From assembly GCA_000146045.2 (NCBI GenBank), contig BK006938.2:1408001-1472000 (forward strand): a DNA stretch of 64,000 bases, written 5' to 3'. The translations under genes were made by a program, and so were the position numbers. Within the stretch, counting starts at the first letter, position 1. Each line of letters begins with the position of its first letter. Below are positions 1 to 10,549 of this stretch, piece by piece. Source of the DNA: TPA_inf: Saccharomyces. Its lineage: Eukaryota. Below the pieces are notes generated by a model that was not told where the DNA came from, ran no database searches, and saw only the letters and a list, made by a program, of their open reading frames with translations.

Positions 1-2094
1 CTTAGAGCTTGATCTTGACTTGGATTTGGATCTAGATGAACTTGGATTGTCCAAAACATCAAGCATGGACCTCTGCGGGGTAGCCACATGCCTTGGAGGA
101 GCACCACCTGTGATGACTCTTTTCAGTTCTTCAAAGCCCGACTCCATAGAGTGTGCTCTCTTTTCGTCTACATCCCCATTTTCAATACTATCAGTGATGC
201 TATCGATTTCTAATGAAAACTTTAATGAAGATTCCAAAATAATATTCAGTTTTTTCAAATGCCTCTGTCCCGGTGGTATTGATGAATCATGATCGGCGTC
301 ATTTAACTGCTGAGCCATACTCTTTCTACGTTTCCTTGCCATGGTACATAACTTTTCCTTTACCGAAATGTTAGAGGTTAAGGATTTCACGGACATCACA
401 TCATTCTCATCATCCTTAAAAGCGTTAAGCTCATCATCAGATGCTTCCTCTCGGCTACTATTGTTAGCACCATTAGCTTCTGGGGCATAACATAGTGAAT
501 CTATAGAATAATCGTTATCTTGCTTCCGTTTGATATTTGAGATAGTTGGAATGCTAGCATCTGCTGATTTAGAATGGCTGAACCCAGGCTTTGGACCGCT
601 AGTATTTTTTTGTTTCGTTACCTCCGGTTCTTTAAACTCTTTTTGCAAATCTATTTCCAAATCGAACATTCTCTTTGCCGGTACAATAAACGTTGGAATC
701 GGAAAATTAGTACACAGTTTATCTGTCAGAAAGTTCGATTTCCAACGAACTAAGCTGTCTGTTCTCTCCCACCTCAAAGTGCTAGATACAAAGAAATCAG
801 GTAAATAGATGTTTATTGCCTCAAGAAGCGTTTTTTTAGTCTTGCCAATTAGGATCTCGACAGTGACCTTGACAGAACGATCTTGCGGAATTATGAGTGT
901 AACATAATCAAAAAGATCTTGCAATTTACGTTCTATTTCGTTCTGCGTATAACCAGATGTCCACTCGATAAAATTTTGGTGCTTTAATTTGTTGTCAGAT
1001 TCCTCAGGCCCCAGAGAAAGTGCCCTTCTTGTACATATGGATCGTGATCTCGATCTGGATCGTGATCTTCTTGCTGAGCTAACACTCCTGCTATCATCCA
1101 TCATCATTAGCATTCTTTTTCGCTCACTCATCGAATCATTGTCTTCGAAATTATTCTTAGTCAGGCGGGGCAGGTTTGCCAACACAACAATGTGGTCTGT
1201 ATTTTGAATCAAAGTTCGTAGCGCCCAATCTAGTGCTACCCAAGTATGTTTCCTGCCGCTGATGTGGCACAATATCGTTCGAGGAGTGTTCGGGAACCCA
1301 ACCTTTTCGCTCAAAACACGCTCTTTCCGCTTTTGAGACTTAGTCAAAGGCGTAAAGCCGTCTTCTATGGGAGGATTGAATTTTATTGTGGGAGTAGCGC
1401 CCTCAGACGACTTTTTTTTGTTTGGAGGAAACAGTATTGTTGGGTAATTGAAGAAATCGCGCTTTTGTTCTAATCGATGATCTATCTGATTTTTCTTCTT
1501 GATCCATAGTTGTCTCCAATTGGCATACGCCCTACTAATCACAAGAGCGTCATTGATATCGGTGGGTGTAGTAGGATAGTCTTCCCTTACAATTTTACCA
1601 TTTTCAGAAATCTTAAACATCTTACCTATTTTGATGTTTCTTTTAGAGGCAGGAGGTGGAGAAGAATACCTGCCGGGACTAGCACTGCCCTCTCGCCTAC
1701 TCGAATAGCTATTCCCGGAGAAGTAGTCGGCATTGTTGTCCGAGGTAAAGCCACTTTCGTCGTCATAATATTCCTCCATTGTATAATCTGCAGAGATCTG
1801 CACGCCAGGAAATTCTCTTTTCTCTTCATCTAAGGGCGAAGATACCCTTGATCTGGGAACTGTGTTGAAAGATACGCATGGTAGGTACTTTTCGTTGCTG
1901 CCTTTCCCCTTCTTTTTGACGGAACTGCTCGAGTCCAATATCGAGGCTAGACTGCGCCTGTCATCATTGTTGGACTTGTCCTCGTCCTGCTTAGCGAGTA
2001 TGTCCACCGTATCCTCCAGCTGGTCCTGCCTGACATACAGCTTAACATATTTATAAGAATTTCTCAACGCCTCATCTTGATCTCGTACCACCAT
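1..2094 (-). CDS. JIP4: JIP4 (YDR475C), N-terminal ~698 codons; C-terminus lies beyond the window start
   Basis: Reverse-strand translation from ATG (revcomp cat at 2092-2094) reads MVVRDQDEALRNSYKYVKLYVRQDQ... and stays open to position 1 in frame. The ORF track omits it because no stop falls in the window. Its position upstream of YDR476C/SNF1 fits the chrIV gene order. It contains RSRSRSRS and SKSKSRSSSK dipeptide tracts. Confidence 0.8.
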   Translation of the reverse strand, partial: MVVRDQDEALRNSYKYVKLYVRQDQLEDTVDILAKQDEDKSNNDDRRSLASILDSSSSVKKKGKGSNEKYLPCVSFNTVPRSRVSSPLDEEKREFPGVQISADYTMEEYYDDESGFTSDNNADYFSGNSYSSRREGSASPGRYSSPPPASKRNIKIGKMFKISENGKIVREDYPTTPTDINDALVISRAYANWRQLWIKKKNQIDHRLEQKRDFFNYPTILFPPNKKKSSEGATPTIKFNPPIEDGFTPLTKSQKRKERVLSEKVGFPNTPRTILCHISGRKHTWVALDWALRTLIQNTDHIVVLANLPRLTKNNFEDNDSMSERKRMLMMMDDSRSVSSARRSRSRSRSRSICTRRALSLGPEESDNKLKHQNFIEWTSGYTQNEIERKLQDLFDYVTLIIPQDRSVKVTVEILIGKTKKTLLEAINIYLPDFFVSSTLRWERTDSLVRWKSNFLTDKLCTNFPIPTFIVPAKRMFDLEIDLQKEFKEPEVTKQKNTSGPKPGFSHSKSADASIPTISNIKRKQDNDYSIDSLCYAPEANGANNSSREEASDDELNAFKDDENDVMSVKSLTSNISVKEKLCTMARKRRKSMAQQLNDADHDSSIPPGQRHLKKLNIILESSLKFSLEIDSITDSIENGDVDEKRAHSMESGFEELKRVITGGAPPRHVATPQRSMLDVLDNPSSSRSKSKSRSSSK

Positions 2095-2452
2095 TTCCCC
2101 CTATGTTTTAGTATCTTCTGTTCCTTGTACTTTAAAGATTCCTTCCCTTAAAAATAGAAGAAAGCTTCTATTTGTTGATATTGCTTTCGAATAGTGAGTG
2201 GACTCAAGAGAAGAAAAAAACCTTTACAAAAATTATATGCAAAATATGTTGGAAAAGACAAAAGGGTTTTAAGTTGTGTTTACTAAAAAGTATATAGATA
2301 ATTCTAGAGGTTATTGAGACATGCAGAATGCGTGTGCCACACCACCGCAGGTGGGTCATTCGGAAATTGTTCCTGTTGCTGCAGCGTCTGCTGCACTTTT
2401 CGCTAGAACTTTTCCAGTCGGATAGGGAGACAAAATGAAAAAAGGCCTCGGA

Positions 2453-3127
2453 CTAATTAACTGACCCTTCGCCAAGAGTGCGAGCCTTAGTATCTAGACG
2501 TCTCGCAGGACCGTAACCTTCGAGGAGACCTAGAAGAAGCCACTCGGGCACGAACTCGCCAGGAACACGGTAGTACTTGAGCCTAGGGACGACGAAAATG
2601 AGCGTCTCGAGGGCGTGAGTCAGGAACTCGGCAACAATGATGAGTCGCAGCACAAGATCACTATCCAGCCACGCCTCTAAGGTGGAGCCCACAGGATTAG
2701 GGACCAGGAAAAAGATAGCGTGCAGTGCAGGACGATAGAGGTAGCACAATGGCGGTAGCGCCACGCCTACCAGGATCAACAAGTCTACTAGAGTGCAGGG
2801 GTACTCAACAGTGTCGATCTGGATGAGCGACAGCTTCCTCTTCTCCGCAGCGATGCGGAACATCTTGTTGAAGATTTGCTTGATTCCGGTAGCAGTGCGG
2901 GTATCGTTGCCCGTGTCATTGTCAATGAAGTAGATAATCTTCTCGATGTTCTGACCCGTTTCTGTGTGAAGGAACTTGAGCGTAAACGTGGACGTCTGCG
3001 TGTCGATCTCTGTCAGTCTGACATGCTTGACGGCCTTGGTAATGGGAACGTGGCCAAAAACGGCGAGACAATCCTCCAGCCCCAACTTGTGCGTATCGTT
3101 GATGCTTACAATTAACGAATCCCACAT
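2453..3127 (-). CDS. YDR476C: YDR476C, uncharacterised ER-localised protein (224 aa)
   Basis: ORF 2453..3286 (-) begins at a TTG. The first ATG is at 3125-3127 (MWDSLIVSINDTHK...), giving the 224 aa I recall for YDR476C. It lies between JIP4 and SNF1. Confidence 0.75.
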   Translation of the reverse strand: MWDSLIVSINDTHKLGLEDCLAVFGHVPITKAVKHVRLTEIDTQTSTFTLKFLHTETGQNIEKIIYFIDNDTGNDTRTATGIKQIFNKMFRIAAEKRKLSLIQIDTVEYPCTLVDLLILVGVALPPLCYLYRPALHAIFFLVPNPVGSTLEAWLDSDLVLRLIIVAEFLTHALETLIFVVPRLKYYRVPGEFVPEWLLLGLLEGYGPARRLDTKARTLGEGSVN

Positions 3128-4372
3128 ACTTGTGTATACCCGTATACTTGCTTGAGTTGATAGAACGCACGCTCTCGCCGATATAAGCCTCCACTCTTTA
3201 TATATACCATATCCAAATAGGTGTGCACTTTGTGGCAAGGAGTAATTATAAACGAACAGAATATCCCGACCACATGGCAAGACCAAGAAAGTTCAAGACT
3301 GCGCAAGAAACGGCAGAACAGAAGCTGCTCACTAACTTCAACCTTGTAACTGAATTCGTAGGGTTAAAACTCCACCACGTTTGTAGCGGAGCAATGTCGC
3401 CTTTAAGAAGTCGCTAGCTATCTCTTTCGCCTCCGTATAGCAATCATTGTCTAATGCAATCCGCCATCGTTATGTCCGCGGCTTTTGTCTGGAGGGCAAA
3501 TCACGATAGGAAGAGGCATCTTCTGTAGTAAAGGCGTCTGTAGTAAAACCTTTTCTTGGAAGCCATAACAAATCATGGCCACCAATGCCTGGCAAAAAAG
3601 GGTGGCATTGAAGGGAAATTTCAAAGATTTTTTTAATAGAGGCCCTAGGAAAAAACATGTCCGTACGTTTAGATACGGTTATAAACTGTACAATCATTTG
3701 CTATCAAATGCTGAACCTTCCCCAAGGGACTAAAAGCTGGAAATGGCAGTGTGCTACTATTTCTTTTAGTCGTATATTTAACTCTCGATCTTGCAGGCTA
3801 TGATGTCCCATATGATGTCCCACATGACGCAAGTAACTTCAAAAAAAGAGGAATTGCGTGGCGGCGTGGATGCAAAAGGATGGGCGTGATGATGGGACTC
3901 GAGACCTGGTTTTACTCAATGTTAGTCATATGTATATAGTCCTTATAGGCCCATATTAGAAAGTACATGTCATAGTTACCCTCTGCAGTTTTTCTCGTAG
4001 CGGAAGGGGATGGAAATTTTTAACGTAAAAGAAAGTTGGTAAGAGTATGGCACATCAACAGGTAGCGTTATAGGGGCCAAGACATAGCTTTGGGCTTAGT
4101 ACTGTAGGCTTGTTACCAGAACTTTCATTTATCGAAATATTCTTTTTTCACATTTCCTCTTACTGCGCATTCGTGTCCAAACAGTCATTCAGGAAGTATA
4201 ACGATAAACAATAGATTGAAGCCTGAAAAAAAAAAAAAAAGCACGACAATAGAAATTGTTTCAGTGTCATTGGCTTTTGATAATATATAGAGGCTGTTTC
4301 AATAATCATAGCGAAAGAAATAGAAGTTTTTTTTTGTAACAAGTTTTGCTACACTCCCTTAATAAAGTCAAC

Positions 4373-6274
4373 ATGAGCAGTAACAACAACACAAACACAG
4401 CACCTGCCAATGCAAATTCTAGCCACCACCACCACCATCACCACCATCACCACCACCATCACGGTCATGGCGGAAGCAACTCGACGCTAAACAATCCCAA
4501 GTCGTCCTTAGCGGATGGTGCACATATCGGGAACTACCAAATCGTCAAAACGCTGGGAGAGGGGTCCTTTGGTAAAGTTAAATTGGCATATCATACCACT
4601 ACGGGCCAAAAAGTTGCTCTAAAAATCATTAATAAGAAGGTTTTGGCAAAGAGTGATATGCAGGGCAGAATTGAAAGAGAAATATCTTATCTGAGACTCT
4701 TAAGACACCCCCACATCATCAAACTGTATGATGTTATCAAATCCAAAGATGAAATCATTATGGTTATAGAGTACGCCGGGAACGAATTGTTTGACTATAT
4801 TGTTCAGAGAGACAAAATGAGCGAGCAAGAGGCAAGAAGATTTTTCCAGCAGATCATCAGTGCCGTCGAGTACTGCCATAGGCACAAAATTGTCCATAGA
4901 GATCTGAAGCCTGAAAACTTACTACTAGATGAGCATCTGAATGTAAAGATTGCCGATTTTGGTTTGTCAAACATCATGACTGATGGTAATTTCTTAAAGA
5001 CTTCTTGTGGTTCTCCCAATTATGCGGCTCCTGAAGTTATCAGCGGTAAGCTGTACGCAGGCCCAGAAGTGGACGTGTGGTCATGTGGGGTTATCCTTTA
5101 TGTTATGCTTTGTCGTCGTCTACCGTTTGACGATGAAAGCATCCCAGTGCTTTTCAAGAATATCAGCAACGGTGTTTACACCTTGCCTAAATTTTTATCT
5201 CCTGGAGCTGCTGGGCTAATCAAAAGAATGTTAATCGTTAATCCATTGAACAGAATAAGCATTCATGAAATTATGCAAGACGATTGGTTCAAAGTTGACC
5301 TGCCAGAATATCTACTTCCACCAGATTTGAAACCACACCCAGAAGAAGAGAATGAAAATAATGACTCAAAAAAGGATGGCAGCAGCCCAGATAACGATGA
5401 AATTGATGACAACCTTGTCAATATTTTATCATCGACCATGGGTTACGAAAAAGACGAGATTTATGAGTCCTTAGAATCATCAGAAGACACTCCTGCATTC
5501 AACGAAATTAGGGACGCGTACATGTTGATTAAGGAGAATAAATCTTTGATCAAGGATATGAAGGCAAACAAAAGCGTCAGTGATGAACTGGATACCTTTC
5601 TGTCCCAGTCACCTCCAACTTTTCAACAACAAAGCAAATCCCATCAAAAGAGTCAAGTAGATCATGAAACTGCCAAGCAACACGCAAGAAGGATGGCAAG
5701 TGCTATCACTCAACAAAGGACATATCACCAATCACCCTTCATGGATCAGTATAAAGAAGAAGACTCTACAGTTTCCATTTTGCCTACATCTTTACCTCAG
5801 ATCCACAGAGCTAATATGTTAGCACAAGGTTCGCCAGCTGCCTCTAAAATATCTCCTCTTGTAACGAAAAAATCTAAAACGAGATGGCATTTTGGTATAC
5901 GATCTCGCTCATATCCATTAGACGTTATGGGTGAAATTTATATTGCCTTGAAGAATTTGGGTGCCGAATGGGCCAAGCCATCTGAAGAGGATTTATGGAC
6001 TATCAAATTAAGGTGGAAATATGATATTGGAAACAAGACAAACACTAATGAAAAAATACCTGATTTAATGAAAATGGTAATTCAATTATTTCAAATTGAA
6101 ACCAATAATTATTTGGTGGATTTCAAATTTGACGGCTGGGAAAGTAGTTATGGAGATGATACTACTGTTTCTAATATTTCTGAAGATGAAATGAGTACTT
6201 TTTCAGCCTACCCATTTTTACATTTAACAACAAAACTAATTATGGAATTAGCCGTTAACAGTCAAAGCAATTGA
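4373..6274 (+). CDS. SNF1: SNF1, AMP-activated/SNF1 serine/threonine protein kinase catalytic subunit (633 aa)
   Basis: Translation reads MSSNNNTNTAPANANSS-H13-GHGG followed by a kinase domain (GxGxFGKV, HRDLKPEN, DFG, APE) and a C-terminal regulatory domain. The ORF track entry starts at an upstream TTG; the true ATG is at 4373. Confidence 0.97.
   Translation: MSSNNNTNTAPANANSSHHHHHHHHHHHHHGHGGSNSTLNNPKSSLADGAHIGNYQIVKTLGEGSFGKVKLAYHTTTGQKVALKIINKKVLAKSDMQGRIEREISYLRLLRHPHIIKLYDVIKSKDEIIMVIEYAGNELFDYIVQRDKMSEQEARRFFQQIISAVEYCHRHKIVHRDLKPENLLLDEHLNVKIADFGLSNIMTDGNFLKTSCGSPNYAAPEVISGKLYAGPEVDVWSCGVILYVMLCRRLPFDDESIPVLFKNISNGVYTLPKFLSPGAAGLIKRMLIVNPLNRISIHEIMQDDWFKVDLPEYLLPPDLKPHPEEENENNDSKKDGSSPDNDEIDDNLVNILSSTMGYEKDEIYESLESSEDTPAFNEIRDAYMLIKENKSLIKDMKANKSVSDELDTFLSQSPPTFQQQSKSHQKSQVDHETAKQHARRMASAITQQRTYHQSPFMDQYKEEDSTVSILPTSLPQIHRANMLAQGSPAASKISPLVTKKSKTRWHFGIRSRSYPLDVMGEIYIALKNLGAEWAKPSEEDLWTIKLRWKYDIGNKTNTNEKIPDLMKMVIQLFQIETNNYLVDFKFDGWESSYGDDTTVSNISEDEMSTFSAYPFLHLTTKLIMELAVNSQSN
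4424..4462 (+). repeat. SNF1: 13-codon poly-histidine tract (CAC/CAT)13 in the SNF1 N-terminus
   Basis: Directly visible as an uninterrupted run of 13 His codons at SNF1 residues 18-30. Confidence 0.95.
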
Positions 6275-6574
6275 TGGTGGAACGTAAAAGAATGATATGG
6301 AAGTTCCCTTTTTTTTATGTATCGTAACGTATTTGCAACATCTTTATAATATCCCTTTGTATAAAGTAAACAATCTTGATTAAATAAACCTGAACATAAT
6401 TTATTGATGTGAATGTTCTTTTATTGGCATTATTTCTTCGGATGAAAAGCAAATTTCACGCTCTATGAGAAAAATTGAAAACGCTATTCTATGTGAAAAT
6501 AGAGATGAGTACTACTAGTGGCTACAATAAAAATACTGAACCTTTGACAATCGTACAACAAAAGGATCCCAAAA

Positions 6575-7171
6575 ATGAATAAAGACCAGGCAGAAAAATA
6601 TCAAGAACGGAGTCTGCGACAAAAATACAACCTACTACATGTACTGCCAACACTGAATTCCAGAGCGTTATCGGGACTATACTATAAAAATTTTCATAAT
6701 TCTGTGAAGCGATATCAAATCATGCTGCCAGAACAACTGAAAAGTGGGAAATTTTGCTCCCATTGCGGGTGTGTTTACGTTCCTAATTTTAACGCAAGTC
6801 TTCAGTTAACGACTAATACCGAGCAAGGTGACTCCGACGAACTTGGCGGCGAGAGTATGGAAGGACCAAAAAAATGTATCCAGGTTAATTGCTTGAATTG
6901 TGAAAAGTCTAAATTGTTTGAGTGGAAATCTGAGTTCGTTGTTCCAACATTTGGACAAGATGTTAGTCCGATGATCAATAGTACCAGCAGCGGGAAGGTT
7001 TCGTACGCGGTAAAGAAGCCCCAAAAGAGTAAAACTAGTACTGGTAAGGAGAGATCCAAGAAGAGAAAGTTGAACTCACTTACAAACCTTTTATCGAAAA
7101 GAAATCAAGAGAAAAAAATGGAAAAGAAGAAAAGTTCGTCACTGTCATTAGAAAGTTTTATGAAAAGTTGA
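6575..7171 (+). CDS. SNM1: SNM1, RNase MRP protein subunit (198 aa)
   Basis: 198-aa [28 protein letters not shown]... with a Cys-rich zinc-cluster-like region and a K/S-rich tail. It sits downstream of SNF1, as in chrIV. Confidence 0.9.
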
Positions 7172-7209
7172 CTGTATCATCAGTGAACATATAGTATAAC
7201 AAATCAAGT

Positions 7210-8874
7210 TTATATAGTTGAATTGAGAGTGTCTGTTAGCTCTTCGATTGACGGATAAGATGCATCCGCGTCGATATTGTTGAGATTAGGAATAGTACCG
7301 TTTATACTTTCCTCATCAGCGCGGTCATCATCACTACTGTGAGTTAGACCGCCACTCATTGAACCCTTCGTCACGCCATGTACGCCTTGCCTATATGTTT
7401 CTTCCCTCAATGGATTAACTACTTCCTCCTCACCAAGGTTTGAAGAAATACCAGAATCCAGTTTTTTCCGCACGCAACTGTTGGTCCACATTCGCCTTCT
7501 ATATGAGCCCCTTTGTCCATCAAGATTGAGGTCATAGACCCATTTTGTTTCTGAATCTATCTCGACATACTGAATAAATTCGTCCTCTACCCATTCTTTT
7601 GGATCCAAATCAAGCACCCAATGAGAATTGGCTTCCCATTCCCAATCCTTAGGTGGCTCAATTTCTTCTAATGACTTCACTGAATTTTCCTCAATACGCC
7701 TCTGGTATATTCTCAAACTAGAGAAAAGAGAATAATCGTCATCAGAGAATCCAACTGGGCGCCATTCTTTGTATTCAGGAAGATACTTTTGGATCTCAAA
7801 GATCATAACAAGTCGGTGCTCCCTAGCCTCAATGAGTTTCAAATGCTGCAAAATCTTAGATTCCAGATTAGTACTTATAGTCAAAGTTTTTAATCTTGTC
7901 TCCTCCGAATTCAATTTAGTCAACAAATATTCACGATTGGACGGATGCGAGGCAATAAAAAAACCCCAACCTAGCAGTATCAGTACGGGTCTCATTGGAA
8001 TGAGCTTGATAAATTTATCCATGTACAGAAAATTTAATGTTGCTATTATTAACAATACAATAAAATAAAACGACGAAATAGCCTCGTTGGTGAAGAATGC
8101 AAACTTTTGTAATATGAGTAAAGTAAAATCGTAGAATTTAACATATAGCAGCATATGGTTTTGTAAATCCGTGAGGTTTAAGACAAATTCTTGGCTCAGT
8201 TCAGGGACTGGTTTAGGAACCTCAGGTCTTCGCAAAGGTGGGCCTTGTGCTGGTGTTTGATTATTATCTAGATAGCTTGTAGGGTTTGGCTTATGAATGT
8301 AAAGGTATTGCGGGACCATTACGCAGAATAACAAATAGAATATAGGGAGCGAAGAAAGCATTTGAAAAGGTTTCAATATAATGAGCGTGTATAAGAACAT
8401 GATAGATACTGTATACGCTGGGTTAGTCCAGTTTAATATCTTTATTAATTCATCCATAATCATGAATGGTACCCCTAGTCTCGAGTTCATCTGTATAAAA
8501 TTCCTACTCGTGATCTGCACAGACAGCTTAGGCCTTTCTTTACCAGCAACCATACGATGGTGAATTGTATCAACAGCCGTTTTGGAAGATGGTGGTAATG
8601 CCATTTTGATTATCTTCTCTACCAGGGTATCTGCCATCATCTTTTGGATGTTTGATGTCGAGGGAAAACCGCCACCACTAGTTGGCTGTCCACTGGAAGA
8701 TGGCAGACTACCACGTGTAGGATCACTAGTTCTAGAACCACTAGATATGCTCTCTTTCTTTGCCTGACTTTTTCCATCTATGCCATTTTGCACTTTCTTC
8801 CCCTTGAGAGTTGATCTAGTTGGAGTACCAGCATTATAGGTGTCATTCCAGAAAAAATTTGTCACCGAGTCCAT
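7210..8874 (-). CDS. PEX29: PEX29, peroxisomal/ER integral membrane peroxin (554 aa)
   Basis: 554-aa ORF with hydrophobic TM segments (FMIMDELIKILNWTNPAYTVSIMFLYTLIIL...). Size and position match YDR479C. Confidence 0.9.
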   Translation of the reverse strand: MDSVTNFFWNDTYNAGTPTRSTLKGKKVQNGIDGKSQAKKESISSGSRTSDPTRGSLPSSSGQPTSGGGFPSTSNIQKMMADTLVEKIIKMALPPSSKTAVDTIHHRMVAGKERPKLSVQITSRNFIQMNSRLGVPFMIMDELIKILNWTNPAYTVSIMFLYTLIILKPFQMLSSLPIFYLLFCVMVPQYLYIHKPNPTSYLDNNQTPAQGPPLRRPEVPKPVPELSQEFVLNLTDLQNHMLLYVKFYDFTLLILQKFAFFTNEAISSFYFIVLLIIATLNFLYMDKFIKLIPMRPVLILLGWGFFIASHPSNREYLLTKLNSEETRLKTLTISTNLESKILQHLKLIEAREHRLVMIFEIQKYLPEYKEWRPVGFSDDDYSLFSSLRIYQRRIEENSVKSLEEIEPPKDWEWEANSHWVLDLDPKEWVEDEFIQYVEIDSETKWVYDLNLDGQRGSYRRRMWTNSCVRKKLDSGISSNLGEEEVVNPLREETYRQGVHGVTKGSMSGGLTHSSDDDRADEESINGTIPNLNNIDADASYPSIEELTDTLNSTI

Positions 8875-9398
8875 CTAGACGTATATACAGTAGGAGACTG
8901 AAATTTTGCTACGTATACAGGTGAGTATATTCATGCGGCCTGATCAGTAATTAAAAATACACACTATTCCTCGTTGTTATTTCTTAAAATTAGTTCAAGA
9001 AGAAGGGGTAACCCCTAAGCTTCTTAAGTTCACCACAAAAGTATTACTGGATAGTGAAACAACAACCACCCATAACATTAGTTTCCTAAACACTACGGCG
9101 GTATTCACCTAGACGCCATCCTAGAAGGCTACAAAGTGATGCACGTATGATGATATCGGACATTAGAGCGTATACATACAACAGGTACACATAAAATTGT
9201 GATATGTCACAGCTTCATCACCCGGCGGACACGTCTATTAAATTATCAATAATTACATAATGTGCAGATCAAATAAACAATAAACATACAGCCATTTAAA
9301 TTTTGGTTATTAATGTTATTTTTCATTTCTATTGCTTGCAGTGGTATTTATGTGGTATAGTTAAGCCTGCAGGAATATTTAAGCAAAGAGGGAAAATT

Positions 9399-10370
9399 AT
9401 GAATAAAGAAGAGCAAGAAGACCCACAGCAAGAGCAAATATCAACTGTTCAGGAAAATGATCCCAGGAATTTGCAGCAACTGGGAATGCTGTTAGTATCT
9501 CCAGGGCTTGATGAAGACAGATTGAGTGAGAAAATGATTTCGAAGATCAAAAAATCCAGGGATATCGAAAAAAATCAAAAATTGCTCATATCTAGGCTGT
9601 CGCAAAAAGAGGAAGATCATAGTGGTAAGCCTCCTACCATTACGACTTCTCCAGCAGAGAAAACCGTACCCTTTAAGTCGCTGAATCATTCTTTAAAGAG
9701 GAAAAGGGTACCTCCAGCGCTAAATTTTTCCGATATACAAGCATCTTCTCATTTGCATGGATCTAAAAGTGCTCCACCAAACATAACAAGATTTCCGCAG
9801 CACAAAAATAGCCTTAGGGTCAGATATATGGGTAGGATGGCTCCTACGAATCAAGATTATCATCCTTCAGTGGCCAATTCATATATGACAGCAACCTACC
9901 CTTATCCATATACTGGACTGCCACCAGTACCATGCTACCCATATTCTTCAACTCCAACACAAACGCACGCATACGAAGGCTATTATTCCCCGATGTATCC
10001 CGGCCCCTTGTATAATAATGGTATAATACCAGCCGACTACCATGCAAAGAGGAAGAAGTTGGCTGGTAGATCACCACACTTGGAAGATTTGACATCGAGA
10101 AAAAGAACCTTTGTCTCCAAACACCACAACGGAGACCCAATCATAAGTAAGACTGATGAAGACATTGAATGCTCTGTCACGAAAAATTCATTAAGTGAGG
10201 GCGCTTCACTTAACGACGATGCCGATGATGACAACGACAAAGAAAGGATCATTATTGGAGAAATCTCTCTGTATGATGATGTTTTCAAATTTGAAGTTCG
10301 CGACGACAAAAATGACTATATGAAAGCATGTGAAACAATCTGGACTGAATGGCATAACTTGAAGAAATGA
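9399..10370 (+). CDS. DIG2: DIG2, MAP-kinase-responsive inhibitor of Ste12 (323 aa)
   Basis: ORF 9303..10370 begins at a TTG. The ATG at 9399 (MNKEEQEDPQQEQISTVQ...) gives 323 aa. The protein is Pro/Tyr-rich and low in complexity. Confidence 0.88.
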   Translation: MNKEEQEDPQQEQISTVQENDPRNLQQLGMLLVSPGLDEDRLSEKMISKIKKSRDIEKNQKLLISRLSQKEEDHSGKPPTITTSPAEKTVPFKSLNHSLKRKRVPPALNFSDIQASSHLHGSKSAPPNITRFPQHKNSLRVRYMGRMAPTNQDYHPSVANSYMTATYPYPYTGLPPVPCYPYSSTPTQTHAYEGYYSPMYPGPLYNNGIIPADYHAKRKKLAGRSPHLEDLTSRKRTFVSKHHNGDPIISKTDEDIECSVTKNSLSEGASLNDDADDDNDKERIIIGEISLYDDVFKFEVRDDKNDYMKACETIWTEWHNLKK

Positions 10371-10460
10371 CGAGATTTCACTTCTTCACGCTATAGAATG
10401 CACCTAAAACTCGCCTGCACTCCGAAACGAAATGCGATACAGTACGTGTCATGCGGTTAG

Positions 10461-10491
<31 letters not shown>
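10461..10491. repeat. (TA)n dinucleotide microsatellite, about 15 units with one interruption, in the convergent DIG2/PHO8 3' intergenic region
   Basis: tatatatacatatatatatatatatatatat is directly visible. Confidence 0.9.
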
Positions 10492-10549
10492 TCAAATAAA
10501 TTATAACGTATTAAATAATATGTGAAAAAAGAGGGAGAGTTAGATAGGA

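Noticed and set aside
2453-3286. 277-aa version of YDR476C and the overlapping 90-aa and 64-aa minus-strand ORFs (2922..3194, 3112..3306)
   Set aside because: The long version starts at a TTG; the small ORFs are alternative frames within or overlapping YDR476C with no support.
6802-7059. 85-aa and 72-aa minus-strand ORFs inside SNM1
   Set aside because: Antisense frames within a recognised gene; no independent evidence.
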